A DNA stretch of 62,682 bases, filler included, from Welwitschia mirabilis (Eukaryota): the NCBI GenBank assembly GCA_051453625.1. It is 4 parts of one record of this genome, joined end to end, with 100 filler letters (N's around TTAATTAATTAA, not from the genome) between each part and the next. Parts side by side here need not be neighbours in the genome. Positions count along the whole stretch, not along the records: positions 19,719 to 41,464 come from JBOZIK010000001.1; positions 41,565 to 53,311 come from JBOZIK010000001.1; 2 more parts are not named here. One strand, given 5' to 3'. The notes under the pieces were generated by a model. That model had not been told where the DNA came from. It searched no databases and worked only from the letters and a program-made list of their open reading frames with translations. Position 1 is the first letter of the stretch, and every line of letters starts with the position of its first letter. The position numbers and the translations under genes were made by a program. Below are positions 39,667 through 53,411 of the stretch, piece by piece.

Positions 39667-42600
39667 TTGAAAGTACACACTACTTCCTAAATAGAAGAGA
39701 AATGAAGAAAGATGGATAGATCTGAGAGAGACAGGTGGACAGATGTGAATAAGAAATGTTAGAACTCCATAAGATTTTATAAAGAGGGGTAATTAAGTCA
39801 AATTTAATAAAAAACCATGTCCACTTCCTATCTCTATCTTTGTAATCCTACAGATCTAGTCAACTAGGTTATGATCCAGTTGACTCAATGAGATTTAGGT
39901 CACAAAAATTTCTAGGGCCAATCAACTAAGACTTTAATCTAGTTAATCCAACTAGATTTACGTTTGATATGGAAAAGACTAGATGATGGGATAAAATGTA
40001 GTTGATCAGGCTTCTCTAGATCTAATCGACCAAATGTAATATCCAATTGATCACCCTGCTTTTAGTTAAAGGATGAAAAGACAACCTCCAATTCGCGATG
40101 AAGTCTCAAAAAGTTATCAAAGTTTAGGGGTTTTATAAAAATATCAGCTAGTTGTCTATCAATGCTTATAAAATTCATATAAATGTTACCTTTTTCTTCT
40201 TAATATTTAAGAAAATGATATCTTAGTTTAATATGTTTAGTTTGAGAGTGTTGAACAGTGTTGTTTGAGATATTAATTATGCTAGTATTATTACAAAAGA
40301 TTGAAACCTATTCAAAATTTACTCTAAATTCTTTAAGCACTTCCTTCATCCATAGAACATGGGTTCAATAACTCTCTACTGCTATATATTCTACTTCTAC
40401 TATGGNNNNNNNNNNCTTACTTGCCCATCCTACCAACCATTATCCTAAAAAAAATAGTTTCCACTAGTGCTTTTTCTATCATCTTTACAACCATCCCAGT
40501 ATGCATTACTAAATCTTACAAGTTCAAAGGCAGTTTTGTAGGATATCATAGCCCATAATCACTTGTACCTTTTATATATGTTATGATCCTTTTGATAGCT
40601 TGAAGGTGTGACTCCTTTGGTTGAGTTTGATATCTTTCACATATAATAACACTAAATGTTATGCTAGGTCTGCTTTTGGTTAAATATAATAGACTTCCTA
40701 TCATGCTTCTATAAAGTTTTTAGTCCATAGTTTTTCCATGATCATCAATATAGTCTTACATGAAGCTGACATAAGTGTATCAATTGATTTTATATTTTAT
40801 AATCTAAATTATTTGATCAAATCCCTTAATCATTTGGATTAAGATATGAAAATCCCATGTATCTTTTGTTTGATTTGAAGACCAGAAAAATGCGAACTTC
40901 ACCCAACATATTCATTTTAAAATGTGTTGTCATAATTCTAGGGAATTCTTTTGAGAGAACTTCATTTAAGGCTCCAAAAATTATGTTGTCTACATAAATT
41001 TGAATAATGATAAAACCCTTCTTAAGATTTTTGACAAATAAAGTTTTATCTATAGCTCTATGAGTGTAACCATTTTTATTAAGACATGTTGCTAGTTTTT
41101 CATACCTAGCCTTTGAGCTTATTTTAAGCCATACGAAGCCTTTTTGAGTCTATACACATGGTCTGGTTTGTGTGACTCTATGGAATCTTGAGGTTGTCCC
41201 ACATAAACTTCTTCATTAAGGGTTCTATTTTAAAAGGAACTTTTCACATCCATCTGAAAAACTTTGATATTCTTAAAGACTACATACAAGAGAAACATTC
41301 TAATACTGTCTATTCTAACCATTAGAGCAAATGTGTCTTTTACATCTATTCCTTCAATCTGGTTGTATTTTTTGGCCACTAACTTATTCTTAATCACATT
41401 ATTTTGTTCATCATACTTATTCTTAAAGATCCATTTTTTTCCAATTACATTTCAATCTTTTGGTNNNNNNNNNNNNNNNNNNNNNNNNNNNNNNNNNNNN
41501 NNNNNNNNTTAATTAATTAANNNNNNNNNNNNNNNNNNNNNNNNNNNNNNNNNNNNNNNNNNNNATTTACCCCCTCTTTTAGGGTTCTTGATCCTATTAA
41601 TCATAACTACTACCTTATTAAATAAAATTTTTTATACATTATATCACGCATTTTAAAATTAAGTGATGTTATAATTTCTTTCATAAGAATTTGCTAGGTT
41701 AAAATGTTAGAAACGTAAGCTATCTTTATTTATGTTATCTTATGCCCATTCTTTCTGTTTTCTTTTATGGTTTGATTAGTTATTTTAAAGTCNNNNNNNN
41801 NNNNNNNNNNNNNNNNNNNNNNNNNNNNNNNNNNNNNNNNNNNNNNNNNNNNNNNNNNNNNNNNNNNNNNNNNNNNNNNNNNNNNNNNNNNNNNNNNNNN
41901 NNNNNNNNNNNNNNNNNNNNNNNNNNNNNNNNNNNNNNNNNNNNNNNNNNNNNNNNNNNNNNNNNNNNNNNNNNNNNNNNNNNNNNNNNNNNNNNNNNNN
42001 NNNNNNNNNNNNNNNNNNNNNNNNNNNNNNNNNNNNNNNNNNNNNNNNNNNNNNNNNNNNNNNNNNNNNNNNNNNNNNNNNNNNNNNNNNNNNNNNNNNN
42101 NNNNNNNNNNNNNNNNNNNNNNNNNNNNNNNNNNNNNNNNNNNNNNNNNNNNNNNNNNNNNNNNNNNNNNNNNNNNNNNNNNNNNNNNNNNNNNNNNNNN
42201 NNNNNNNNNNNNNNNNNNNNNNNNNNNNNNNNNNNNNNNNNNNNNNNNNNNNNNNNNNNNNNNNNNNNNNNNNNNNNNNNNNNNNNNNNNNNNNNNNNNN
42301 NNNNNNNNNNNNNNNNNNNNNNNNNNNNNNNNNNNNNNNNNNNNNNNNNNNNNNNNNNNNNNNNNNNNNNNNNNNNNNNNNNNNNNNNNNNNNNNNNNNN
42401 NNNNNNNNNNNNNNNNNNNNNNNNNNNNNNNNNNNNNNNNNNNNNNNNNNNNNNNNNNNNNNNNNNNNNNNNNNNNNNNNNNNNNNNNNNNNNNNNNNNN
42501 NNNNNNNNNNNNNNNNNNNNNNNNNNNNNNNNNNNNNNNNNNNNNNNNNNNNNNNNNNNNNNNNNNNNNNNNNNNNNNNNNNNNNNNNNNNNNNNNNNNN

Positions 42601-42962
42601 NNNNNNNNNNNNNNNNNNNNNNNNNNNNNNNNNNNNNNNNNNNNNNNNNNNNCAAAAGATGTCCAATTTTAATTATCCATCATCTGCCTTCTCACTTTTG
42701 TATACTTTCTTTTGATTTATTTTTCAATATAGGATGTATTGCTTTTCTTGGGTGAGGGGGCATGGTCCATTTTCATGGCTCATGTTTACAAATTTTTGAG
42801 TTATGCATAATTTTAAAATTTTTTTAAACACGATATACATTACACGTTATTTTAATATGAGATGTGTCTTATGAGCCTATTTTAAAAATTTCTAGATTGA
42901 TTTTTTTTGGTAAGATTAATTTGCTTATAAATGTGGTTTTCTACCTAGTTTTTGTCAAGGGC

Positions 42963-44071
42963 TGATAAGGGATAAGTGGGTGGCTATGTTGCACTTCCAA
43001 TTTGTGATTATTTGATGGGGGTTTTATGAGCTATTTTGTAGGACATTTGCATAATTTAAGGTGTAATTCTAAGGATTTTGGAGAATTAATAAAAGATCTA
43101 AAAAATGTGTAATTATTACCTAAATTTAATGCATTTAAGGTACATTTTGATAGACAAATATTTAAAGTTAGATTACTAACAAAAATACTAGCTTATACTC
43201 ATCAAAATAATTAAAGAAGGTCATTGTCCCCTATGTCATCCACACAACAGGCAGGACAACAACAACCCTTGATACTTATATAGATTATTGAATCACTACT
43301 AAGTCATCACGTTGAGTCATGTTTTATAATGAGCTGTCGTCTCCTATATCATTTGGATGATAGTCAAGATGACACTGATAATGTAACCAACTCTGATAGC
43401 CAACCCTTGATCGTTTTATTCATTACTTATTTGTAAAAGAGTGCATTTTTGGAGCACCTTATTATATCATTTTCTACCGTGTTTTGTTACGAATAAGTCC
43501 CCTTTCAACTCTCCTATTCATCTTTATTGCATTGGAAATTCTTATGATAGGAGATCAAAGGGCAGAAGATCCATCTTGAGTATTGTAGAAAGATGTTCCC
43601 TTCGTGGAGGGATGTGTGTCCTCTATTGAGGCCCAACTATTTTGTAAACTAGATGTTTAGTGACTTCTTAATATAAAATCTATTTTCATATTTGTATATT
43701 AGTTTATCAGATAATCCTTATGGTTTATATTGCCCTTGATCTAGTGATAATTTCTTAGATGACATAGATCATCAAGGAAGGCCTTTGTTAAGGCTGAGGA
43801 AAGTACTTTAGATTCATTTTGCATTAGATTTAGATTAGATTACATTCAGCATCTTGCATTACAGCTTTTATTTTCTACATTATTATTTAATTCTAATTTT
43901 CATGTATTTTATAAAAAATAATCCAAGTCTCATCTCATAGTCTTTAATGAGAATATGACATTTGGATTAACTTCTACTCATACTAGTGTGTTGTATTATT
44001 GAAAAATCTATTTTATTTTATGAATTATAAAATCTTTTCAAGTATAAATTCTTATAAAAATACACATTACA
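42963..44071 (+). mobile_element. Putative LTR or LTR fragment
   Basis: Non-coding stretch starting TGATAAG and ending ...CATTACA with LTR-like composition; no partner LTR or TSD confirmed. Confidence 0.25.
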
Positions 44072-44129
44072 ATAATATGTAAATAAAAAAAGGATAGGAT
44101 GACCTTGAGATAACAAGAAAATAAGATAG

Positions 44130-47100
44130 ATCAAGCTCATTCAAAAGTCTTATCACATCTCTGGGTTCTTTTAGCTCTCCAAAAGCAACAGGCCTTTCTT
44201 AACAGATAGGTTTCCTCTTCAACTTCTCTAAGAACTTATATAAAGCCTCATTAGATATTTTAGAGTAAAAATACCCTAGATCTTTACTTTCTGATTTCTT
44301 TTGATATCTTCTTTAGGGATCCTCTACCATTGAAAGGATGTGGTACTTCCTAAAGATAATAAAACTTGTGAGAGATAGCTAGATCTAAAGGAGACAGGTA
44401 TATAGGTATGAATGAAAAAGGTTAGGGCCCCATAAGATTTTATAAAAGAGGAAAATAAAGTTAAATTTAAAAAAATTATTGAGTCCACTAGCTTAACTTC
44501 CACACTGTAATCCTACAGGTCAAATTAACTGGGTTATAATAAAGTTAATTCATTGAAATTCAGGTCACAATACTTTCAAATCTAGTTGATTAGTTCTTCA
44601 AAATAGTTAATTGATTAGATCTAGTTGATCTAATTAAAAATCCAGTTGACTTCCTTGCCTTTAATTCGAGGATAAAGAAATAACCTCCAGTTCACTGTGA
44701 AGTCTTAGAAAGTTATTAAAGTTTATGGGTTTTATTAAAATATCGATAAGTTATCTACCAATGCTAATAAAATTCATTGAAATGTTGCTTTTTTCCATTT
44801 GATATTTAAGAAAATGATGTCTTAATTTAATGTATTTAGTTATAAAATGTTGAATAGGGTTATTTGATATATTAATTACACTTGTGTTATTATAGAAGGT
44901 TGGAACCCATTCAAAATCTACTCCAAAATCTTTCAGCATTTTCTTCATCCAAAGAAGATGGTTACAACAACTTCTTGCTGCTATATACTCTACTTCTACT
45001 ATGAAAAGGGAGATATAGTTTTGCTTTTTACTTTCTCATCCTACTAAGCATGATCCTAAAAGAAAGCAATTGCCACTTATGCTTATCCTATCATCTTTAC
45101 ATCTAGCTCAATTTGCATCACTAAAACTTTCAAGTTCAAAGGATGTTTTCGTTTGATACCATAATCCATAGTTACTTGTGCCTTTTATGTATCTTATTAT
45201 CTTTTTGATAGCTTAAAGTTCTGATACTTTTGGTTAAGTTTAATATCTAGCACACACAACAATGCTGAACATTATATCAAGTCTATTTGTGATTAGATTT
45301 AATAGACTTCCTATCATGCTTTTATAAAGTTTTTGATCTACTGATTTTTCATGTTCATTAAGAATAATCTTATAAGAAGTTGACATAGTTATATTAATTG
45401 ATTTTGCATTCTCTAGTCCAAATATTTTGATCAAATCATTTGCATGTTTGGATTGAGATATAAAAATTTCATGTTTTATTTATTTTATTTGGAGATCAAG
45501 AAACATTCTAACTTCACCAAGCATACTTATTTCAAAATGTATCATCATAATATGAACAAATTATTTTGAGAGAACTTCACTTGAGGCATCAAAAATTATG
45601 TCATCTACATAAATTTGAATAATAATAAAGTCCTTTTTCAAATTCTTAACAAATAATGTTTTATCCATAGTTCAATGAATATAACCATTTTCATTAAGAA
45701 ATGTAGCTAGTTTTTCATACCAAGTTTTTGGAGCTTATTTTAGACCATATAATGACTTTTTAAGTTTATACACATGGTTTGATTTGTGTTGATCTATGAA
45801 ACATTGAAGTTGTTTCATATAAACTTATTTATTAAGGGTTAAATTTAAAAAGGCACTTTTCACATCCCTTTGATAAACTTTAATGTTTTTAAAGGCTACA
45901 TAATATAGAAACATTATACTACTCTCTGGCATAGCTATAGGAGCAAAAGTATCACCCACATCAATTTCTTTAATTTGGTTGTAACCTTATGCCACTAATC
46001 TTGCCTTGTTTTTAATTACATTATTTTGTTCATCACACTTATTCTTAAAAATCCATTTTATTTTAATAACAATTTGATTAGTATTTTAACAAGTTTTCAC
46101 ATAATTCCTTTTGAATTATTGAAGCTCATCTTACATGACCATAATTCATTCTTCATGAGATTTTACCTCTTTAAACTTTTTAGGTTCAGTTTGAGAGATA
46201 TAAAAAATATAAGCACAGAATTTTCTAAGAGAATTTCTTGTTCAAATTTTTTATCTAACATCTCTAATTATGGATCCCAAAGGATGATCTTTTAGCTCTT
46301 CAAAATTTTTGAAAGTAACTTCTTTAGTTGGATCTTCTTTATTTTCAATTAAAACTTTATTTAATGTGAGATTACTTGGATTTAAGTTTTCTTCACCATT
46401 TGAAAGAAGAAGTCTTATGTTAAAATCATCAATTTAAACATTAATAGATTCTTCCACTATTAGACTTCTTTTGTTAAACACTCAATAGGCTCTACTTCTA
46501 CTTAAGAATCCTAAAAATATTGCTTCATTAGCCTTTAACTAAAATTTACTTAAGTATTTTCTATTTTTTAATACAAAGCACTTGCTTCCAAATACTTTAA
46601 AATATGAAACATTTGGTTTTCTTCCTTTCCAAAGTTCATAGGTGGTGTTGTCCATTCCTGCTTATTTATAATGTAGTAAGTGGTTCTTACTTATTTAGCC
46701 CAAAAGGTTTTATAAACCTCATTATTATTTAACATTTCTCTATTCATTTCTTGAAGGACTTGGTTCTTCCTCTTAGTAATTACATTTTGTTGAGGAGTCT
46801 TTGGGGCTAATAATTAGTGTTCTATACCATTGTCTACATAATAATTTTAAAATAGATGGTTTTCAAATTCTTCTACATGATGACTTCTAATTTTCTTGAT
46901 GGTGTAACCTTTCTCATTTTGGATTTTGTTGTAAATTTCAATACAACTTTTATACATTTCAACTTTATTTCTAAGAAAAGCAACCTAAGTAAAACTGGAT
47001 TAGCAATCAATCATAGTTAAAAAAATAACATTTTTGTTCTAGACTTTTTATTTGGGTTAGACCCATTAAGTCCATATAAATAAGCTCAAGAGGAATTATT

Positions 47101-49429
47101 ATGGAAACTAGATTTTTTGCTTTTGTGAGAAGTTCTAAATTGTTTCGCTTTTTTACATGCATTATAATGCCCATGTTTTTCAATGTTAATCTTGAAAATT
47201 CCTTTCACAATTTCCTCTTTAAAATTATTTTGAGATAATCATAATTTACATTTCCTAAAGATTGATGCCATAGTTCTTCTTGATTTACATGACAGAAATA
47301 ACATGTAGATAAAGAATGATTAATACTATAAACATTATCTCTTCTATTGTCATAAGAAGTACATTATTTGTTTTTCCATGTTTATCTTCACACTTTTTTC
47401 TATCAAAAATAACTTTATGCCTTTTATCATAAATTTGACGAATACTAGATAAATTATGCTTAAGGCCAATAATATATAAAACTTCATTTATCTTAAGTAT
47501 GTTACCTCCATTAATACTTTCAATTCCTTTAATCTTTGCTATTCCATTATCATCAAATGTAACTTCTCCTTCATTAAAATCATCTTGATGTTGGAATCTT
47601 GACTTATCACTTATCATGTATCGAGGGCAGATACTTTCCAAGTACCAGCTAGTTTTATTTGATACCTTGAAAGCTATTTGGATTAAAAAACTTTTTAAAT
47701 TATTAGCTCTTACTCACTTGGTCCATTTGAACTATTATTATACACATCCCCTTGGAATAAATTTGAAAGAAAATGTGCTAATAGAATTTGAAAAGAGCAT
47801 TAAATTTTTGGCATTGCAAAATAATTTAGAATGACTTGACTTATCACAAAAATGACACATAATTTTTGAAACATAATTATTTTGTCATGTTACTCGATTT
47901 GGTTGATTTCATGATCTTTGAGAGATGAATCCAATACCTTTATTGTCGTGAGCCATTTTTCATATCCCAGGGATCTATTCCAATTTAGTTAAACTATTTG
48001 AAAATTTACTTATAAAATGAGACAAGCGTTTTACTTGTTGAGTACATTTGGAGTTTCTGATTTGGACCATTTTATACTTTGTCTCCAATTCCTTATTTTC
48101 ATTGGTTATAACCTTTACTATCTTATTTATATCATTGATACATTTCACCAAATTTTCACATTCTGAGTAAAGCTTTTGATAGTTGTCTTTAAGCTCATTT
48201 TAATCTTCTTCAATAAGATATAAATCATCAGGTTCTGATGAGCAAGACATGTTTTTTATCACAGGGACTATTACCATGAAAGAAAGTTTTTGCTCTTCAT
48301 TTGACTCTTGGCTTAAGCTATTATCATCTTCTACATATACATTAGCCCATATAATAATGAAAGATTATGTCTTTGATTTTCTTTGATCTCTTTTATTATT
48401 TGGACATTCATTTACTACATGTCCATAACCCTTACAAGAATATCATTAAATCTCATCTCCTTTTTTTTAATCTTTTCTAAATTTGGAATGATTCCTTTTT
48501 TATCGTATTCTTGATTCATCTTCTTTCTTTCTTCTATGCAAGAAATTTTAAATCTCCTTGCCAAAAGTGCAATCTCATCTTCATTAAGTTCTTCATCTAA
48601 CCTCTTAGATCTATATTCTTCCTACACACTTTTCAAGGTAAGACTTTTCTTTTTATCTTTAGTAAACTTCAATTCATAGATTTGAAGATTACCTTGAAGT
48701 TTCTCAAGTAAAATTTGATTGATATTCTTGCTTCCTTCAATGGCTATGAAGTTTGGCTCAAATAGTTTTGGGAGATACCTCAAACTTTTCGAACCATCTT
48801 TACTTCCTCCATTCTTTCATCTAGAATTGTCATAGAATTTAAATACATGTTAGTCTAGTAAATAACTCTTAAAGTATTTCCTCCTTATCTATGCTAATGT
48901 ATTTAAACTTATAAATGATCATTTATAGTTGTTACCTACTTAATAATAGATGTTCCACCACTGAGGACCAGGTGTTTGCGCGGGATACAGACACCACTGA
49001 GGATCAGTGGTTTAATGTGCTATTTTAAGAATATTCCAAGCTTCTTTGGCATGTTCACATGCACAATCCTTTCAAACTCATCTACACATACTACAAAAAA
49101 ATTTGCATTAAGAGCATGAGCATCTAGAGTAGTCTTGGCTTTGTCAGTGAGGAACCATTAATCTCGAGATTTTACTACCACTATGATGTTTTCATTGATA
49201 TTAGTTTTGGATATTGTGGGCATGGTGCATCCATTATAGATTACCTCCTTTATGTATACATCTAAGAATCTAAGAAATATTTTCATACAAGCCTTTTAGT
49301 AGGCATAGTTTATCCCATCAAACATGGATGATCTTCCAATAGAAAAGCGATCTAAAGGATTACTCATATTTAGGGTTTAGAAGTCTATATTTGTTAATAT
49401 CTACTAACGACTCTATCTAACTTTGATAC
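44130..49429 (-). mobile_element. SIRE/Maximus-like Copia internal region: gag-PR-INT-RT-RH plus start of env-like ORF
   Basis: PBS-like actttgatac at 49420-49429 running into a gap; gag FDGINYAY*KACMKIFL and AKEAWNILKIAH; protease/GAG-pre-integrase VTFDDNGIAKIKG...GLKHNLSSIRQI; RT IQIYVDDIIF; RNase H NTSVINISNNPIQH; env-like ATG at 44330. Confidence 0.88.
48957..49011. other. 55-bp GC-rich palindromic insertion in SIRE gag
   Basis: accactgaggaccaggtgtttgcgcgggatacagacaccactgaggatcagtggt splits the gag AH(E)GT codons; ends are inverted (ACCACTGA/TCAGTGGT); no TSD. Confidence 0.75.
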
Positions 49430-49529
49430 NNNNNNNNNNNNNNNNNNNNNNNNNNNNNNNNNNNNNNNNNNNNNNNNNNNNNNNNNNNNNNNNNNNNNNN
49501 NNNNNNNNNNNNNNNNNNNNNNNNNNNNN

Positions 49530-51000
49530 ATGCAGCTATTAAATACCTCATGACTAAGAAATATTCTAGTGCTAGACTTGTTAAATGATTCCTTCTCATG
49601 CCAAATTTAATTATACCATCATTGATGAAGCAGGAAACATAATAGTTTAGTAGATCATTTGTCATGTCTTTCTTCTTATCTAGATGATCTTATAATTAAT
49701 GATTCTTTTTGACATGAAAAACTTTTTGTGATATCTTCTACTCATCCTCCTTCTTGATATGATAACATAGTTAATTATCTTATTACCATGAAAACACTAC
49801 GATATTGGACTCATAATAAAAGAAAATCTTTTCTCCATAGAATAGGTGACTATGAATGGATGAAGCCACATCTTTACTGTAGGTGAAAAGGTCAAATCAT
49901 GAGAAAACATATACTTGAATAGGAAAAGCTAGAAATCATTCATCTTTATCATGATAGTATTTGTGAAGTTCATTTTAGTAAACAAAAAATAGGAATAAAA
50001 AGTCTTTACTCTAGTTTTTATTGGCTTAGTCTTTTTTAGAACTCTTTTGATTTTGCTAGAAGGTGTAATGCTTGTTAATGTAATGGTATCCTTATTCATT
50101 CTCATGACATGTCCCTTAAACCTATTCTTGAACATGAACATTTTGAGTATTAGGGATATAATTTTATAGACCCTATTAAACCACCTTCTAATGATAAGAA
50201 TTATATTTTAGTTACTATTGATTATGTTACTGAATGGTTTTAAGCTATTTTCAATTTTATGAATGATGCTCAAACTATTTGCAATTTTATAAAAAATTAT
50301 ATTTTTTAACATTTTGGTTTTCCTAGAGTCATCATTAGTGATTAAGACACTCATTTTATAAATCATATTTTTAGGAAACTTTTTTTATCCATTGAAATTA
50401 AACATAGACTAGCTTATGCTTACCATCCATAAAGCAATGATCAAGCTAAAAATGCAAATAGAAAAATTAAAAAAATAGTTTGAAAATTTATCTTCATTAA
50501 TAAAAAATCTTAGGCTTATAAACTTAATGATGTTCTTTGGAATTACCATAATACTTGACATAATTCTCTTAGTTTTTTACTTTATGAACTTGTATACGAA
50601 AAGGTTTTTGTTTTACTAGTTGATGTGTGTTATAACTATTATTGTTCTTTCTATTAACTTAGCCTTGTAGACATTTATGAAAATATTAACAAATGATTAG
50701 CCCAAATTAATCACTTAGCTAAGAAATGTACATAGCTATACATTGTTATCTCATTTACGAAGCCAAAGTTAAGTTTAAATATGATAAAAAATTTCTTCAT
50801 AAAATGTTTAAACCTAGTTAACTTGTTCCTTGGTATAATACTAGAGTGCATATCTTACATAAGAAGTTGACATTTAAATAGTTAAGTTCTTATCTTATAG
50901 AGAAAGTATATTCTAATGACTCTATTGATATTTCTAACTTAGACACTAGGGAGATTCATAAAGTTAATGGACAAAGGTTCAAAATATATGAAAAACATTT
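49530..51000 (+). pseudogene. Second Athila-like Gypsy pol remnant (RNase H end and integrase)
   Basis: AAIKYLMTKKYSSARLVK*F; PIKPPSNDKNYILVTIDYVTEWF; FGFPRVIISD*DTHFIN; AYHP*SNDQA; GEIHKVNGQRFKIY. Confidence 0.85.
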
Positions 51001-53411
51001 TAATGCAACCTTGAACATGATAAAAGCAATTGTTTTAAAGGTTTACCTTGATGAAAAGGACTTTCTTCCTATCGTTGTCTGAATTCTTCCTTACTTGATT
51101 CCTTTAATAAATGTTATGATGTTACTTTATCATCTTTAACTTAACTCATGTGTGTTTTTTTTTTAATGAGGTTTCCATAACTAGAATTTGTACTTGGGAA
51201 TTTTACAATGATAAGATTGTATTCAACCAATCTTAAGACATTCACATATCTATGAACTTCATTTTGAAGGAAGATGCCTTGGTTCTTGTATTTTTCTCAA
51301 TGGTGTAATATCTTTAGTTGTTTAGGTGTGTTCTTTTCTATTTTTCATCTCACTTCTTCACCTTTGTATTTTTAAATATGTGATCATGTAGAAATTATTC
51401 AAAATAATAATTATTATTATTATTATTATTATGACCTATTATATCTATGCTAAAATATATGGCCATGATGTCCTATCACACTTAGGTAAATGTTTTCTAA
51501 AGAAACCTTTGGCAATGTTGGTAGCTGTGGGAACTTCACTAGGGGCTTAGTTAGCCATGCTTTATGGGTCCAGACTTCTTTGATTATGGTTGCAATCCTC
51601 TCATTATGAAAGGTAGTAATAAAACTTTGAGGCTATGGGATCAATGGTATTCTTGGTATCATCAGAGGCATTGCTTGTTTTTTAAACTCTTAGTATTCTT
51701 ACATGATCATTTCTGTTTTAAGGATTTAAGTATGTTTTAAAGTATGAGGAGATGAGTGAGTTCATTTTTATGCAGATTTTGATCTTGTCATTTATTGTTT
51801 TGAGCACTTGATCTTTGGTGTTATCATAATCACTACCTTTTTGAATGAAACTTTATAGAATCAATACGTTTTCTTATGCATTTTATTGAACTAGATTTAT
51901 GATGTTTTTCAAGGGGTTTTGCTAAGTTATAATTTAGAGTAGGTACGCTACCTTATTCATGTCCTTAGTTATTCATTTTTATTCAATTTTTCTTTGGTTG
52001 TCTGGTTTGCAATTTCAAAGTCATTTTCATATTTTTTCATCATCATTTTTAGGATCTTATAATTTGGTCATTTTCTTATTACTATTTTCATTTTCACTCG
52101 TGTTTTTTATCAATAAAAGATAGTTTTATTTTAGCATTTTAGCTAGATGATATTATCTTTTGATTAAATGATGTTCTTTATGATTTTTATGAGGTTCCTT
52201 TGAGTCTTTTTGAGTTCTACATATTTTCATGATTATTTTATAGTTTAGGTACATTTTTTTAGTTTTTTTGGTTAATTTTCATCCTACTTAGTACATTTTC
52301 ATCATCCTATATTTTAATTCTTTGGATTTTTTCTCATTCCTGACCCTCATTCATCATGATTTTTCATCATTTCCCATCTTTTGGATTTTCTAATGAATTA
52401 TAATATCTTCATGCTGATATCCGAGCCTAACTTATTTAACTGATATCTTTTTTTTCCGAAAATTTTTAAAAGTCCAATCATCCATCATGTTATCCAGACA
52501 ATAAGGTAGATAACATATGAGATTTTTTTGATGGTCATCTTAGTGGTATTGTCTGAATGATATGATCGGATGACAGTGATAAAATTGCAACNNNNNNNNN
52601 NNNNNNNNNNNNNTAGTGTCCACTGATGTCTTGAATGTTTCACCCATAAGTTTAGTGCCCCAAATTACAATATTTGAGTGAATGTATTAAATGAGGTATT
52701 TTTTTCCCTCCCTTATTATTTTTATTTTTTCTCACATTTTTGATCCTTTTAGCACATAGGTTTTACATATATCACTTAGTTTTTGGTGCTTTTCAATTTG
52801 GTACTTATGGATCTGATTTTTACCATGTATCTTATGAGATATCTAAATTTATGTATGTTATGAGGTACAATTATGTTTTTAACTTAAACCTATTTTTCTT
52901 AAAAACTATAAGTCAAAATTTAGTGGTCCTTATATGTAAATTTATTAGTATGACATGCTATACATTTCTATCAGATTAGATTTTTTATTTAATTACTTTC
53001 ATTTTTAACCTTCTGTGGGATCCACTAGTTTTACACATTTCAATTTGTCTTATGTTTCATACTTTTTGCTTGCATGATTAGGTAATACAAAATGTATTAA
53101 TTCTTTTTTTGGGAAAGGTGGGGGGAGGAAGATGTTTTCATGATTTTTACACATAAAAACCAATTTATGGAGTCATTTAGAGCTTTCATAAGACACATTT
53201 TAGCAATTTCCACTTGTTCTCATGTGATGTGCTCTATGTTTATGACTGATTAGGTCATGTACATGATGAGCTAGATAGGCTAAAGTAGAGGATAAGGCAT
53301 TAGAGTAGGAANNNNNNNNNNNNNNNNNNNNNNNNNNNNNNNNNNNNNNNNNNNNTTAATTAATTAANNNNNNNNNNNNNNNNNNNNNNNNNNNNNNNNN
53401 NNNNNNNNNNN

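Larger units (their letters stand above)
35620..41464 (-). mobile_element. SIRE/Maximus-like Copia, 3' half (3' LTR, PPTs, env-like ORFs, RNase H, RT); may join two copies across a gap
   Basis: ~1.18-kb LTR 35620-36801 (TG...CA) with repeated AGTCGACT-type palindromes; PPT complement atctccccctttgac at 36802 and PPT-like copies near 37175 and 38535; RNase H and RT motifs (QLADIF, IQIYVDNIIFG) at 40090-41464. Confidence 0.8.

Noticed and set aside
19663..53367. Recurring TTAATTAATTAA palindrome at 19663, 41509 and 53356
   Set aside because: Always centred in 100-base N blocks; an artificial scaffolding linker.
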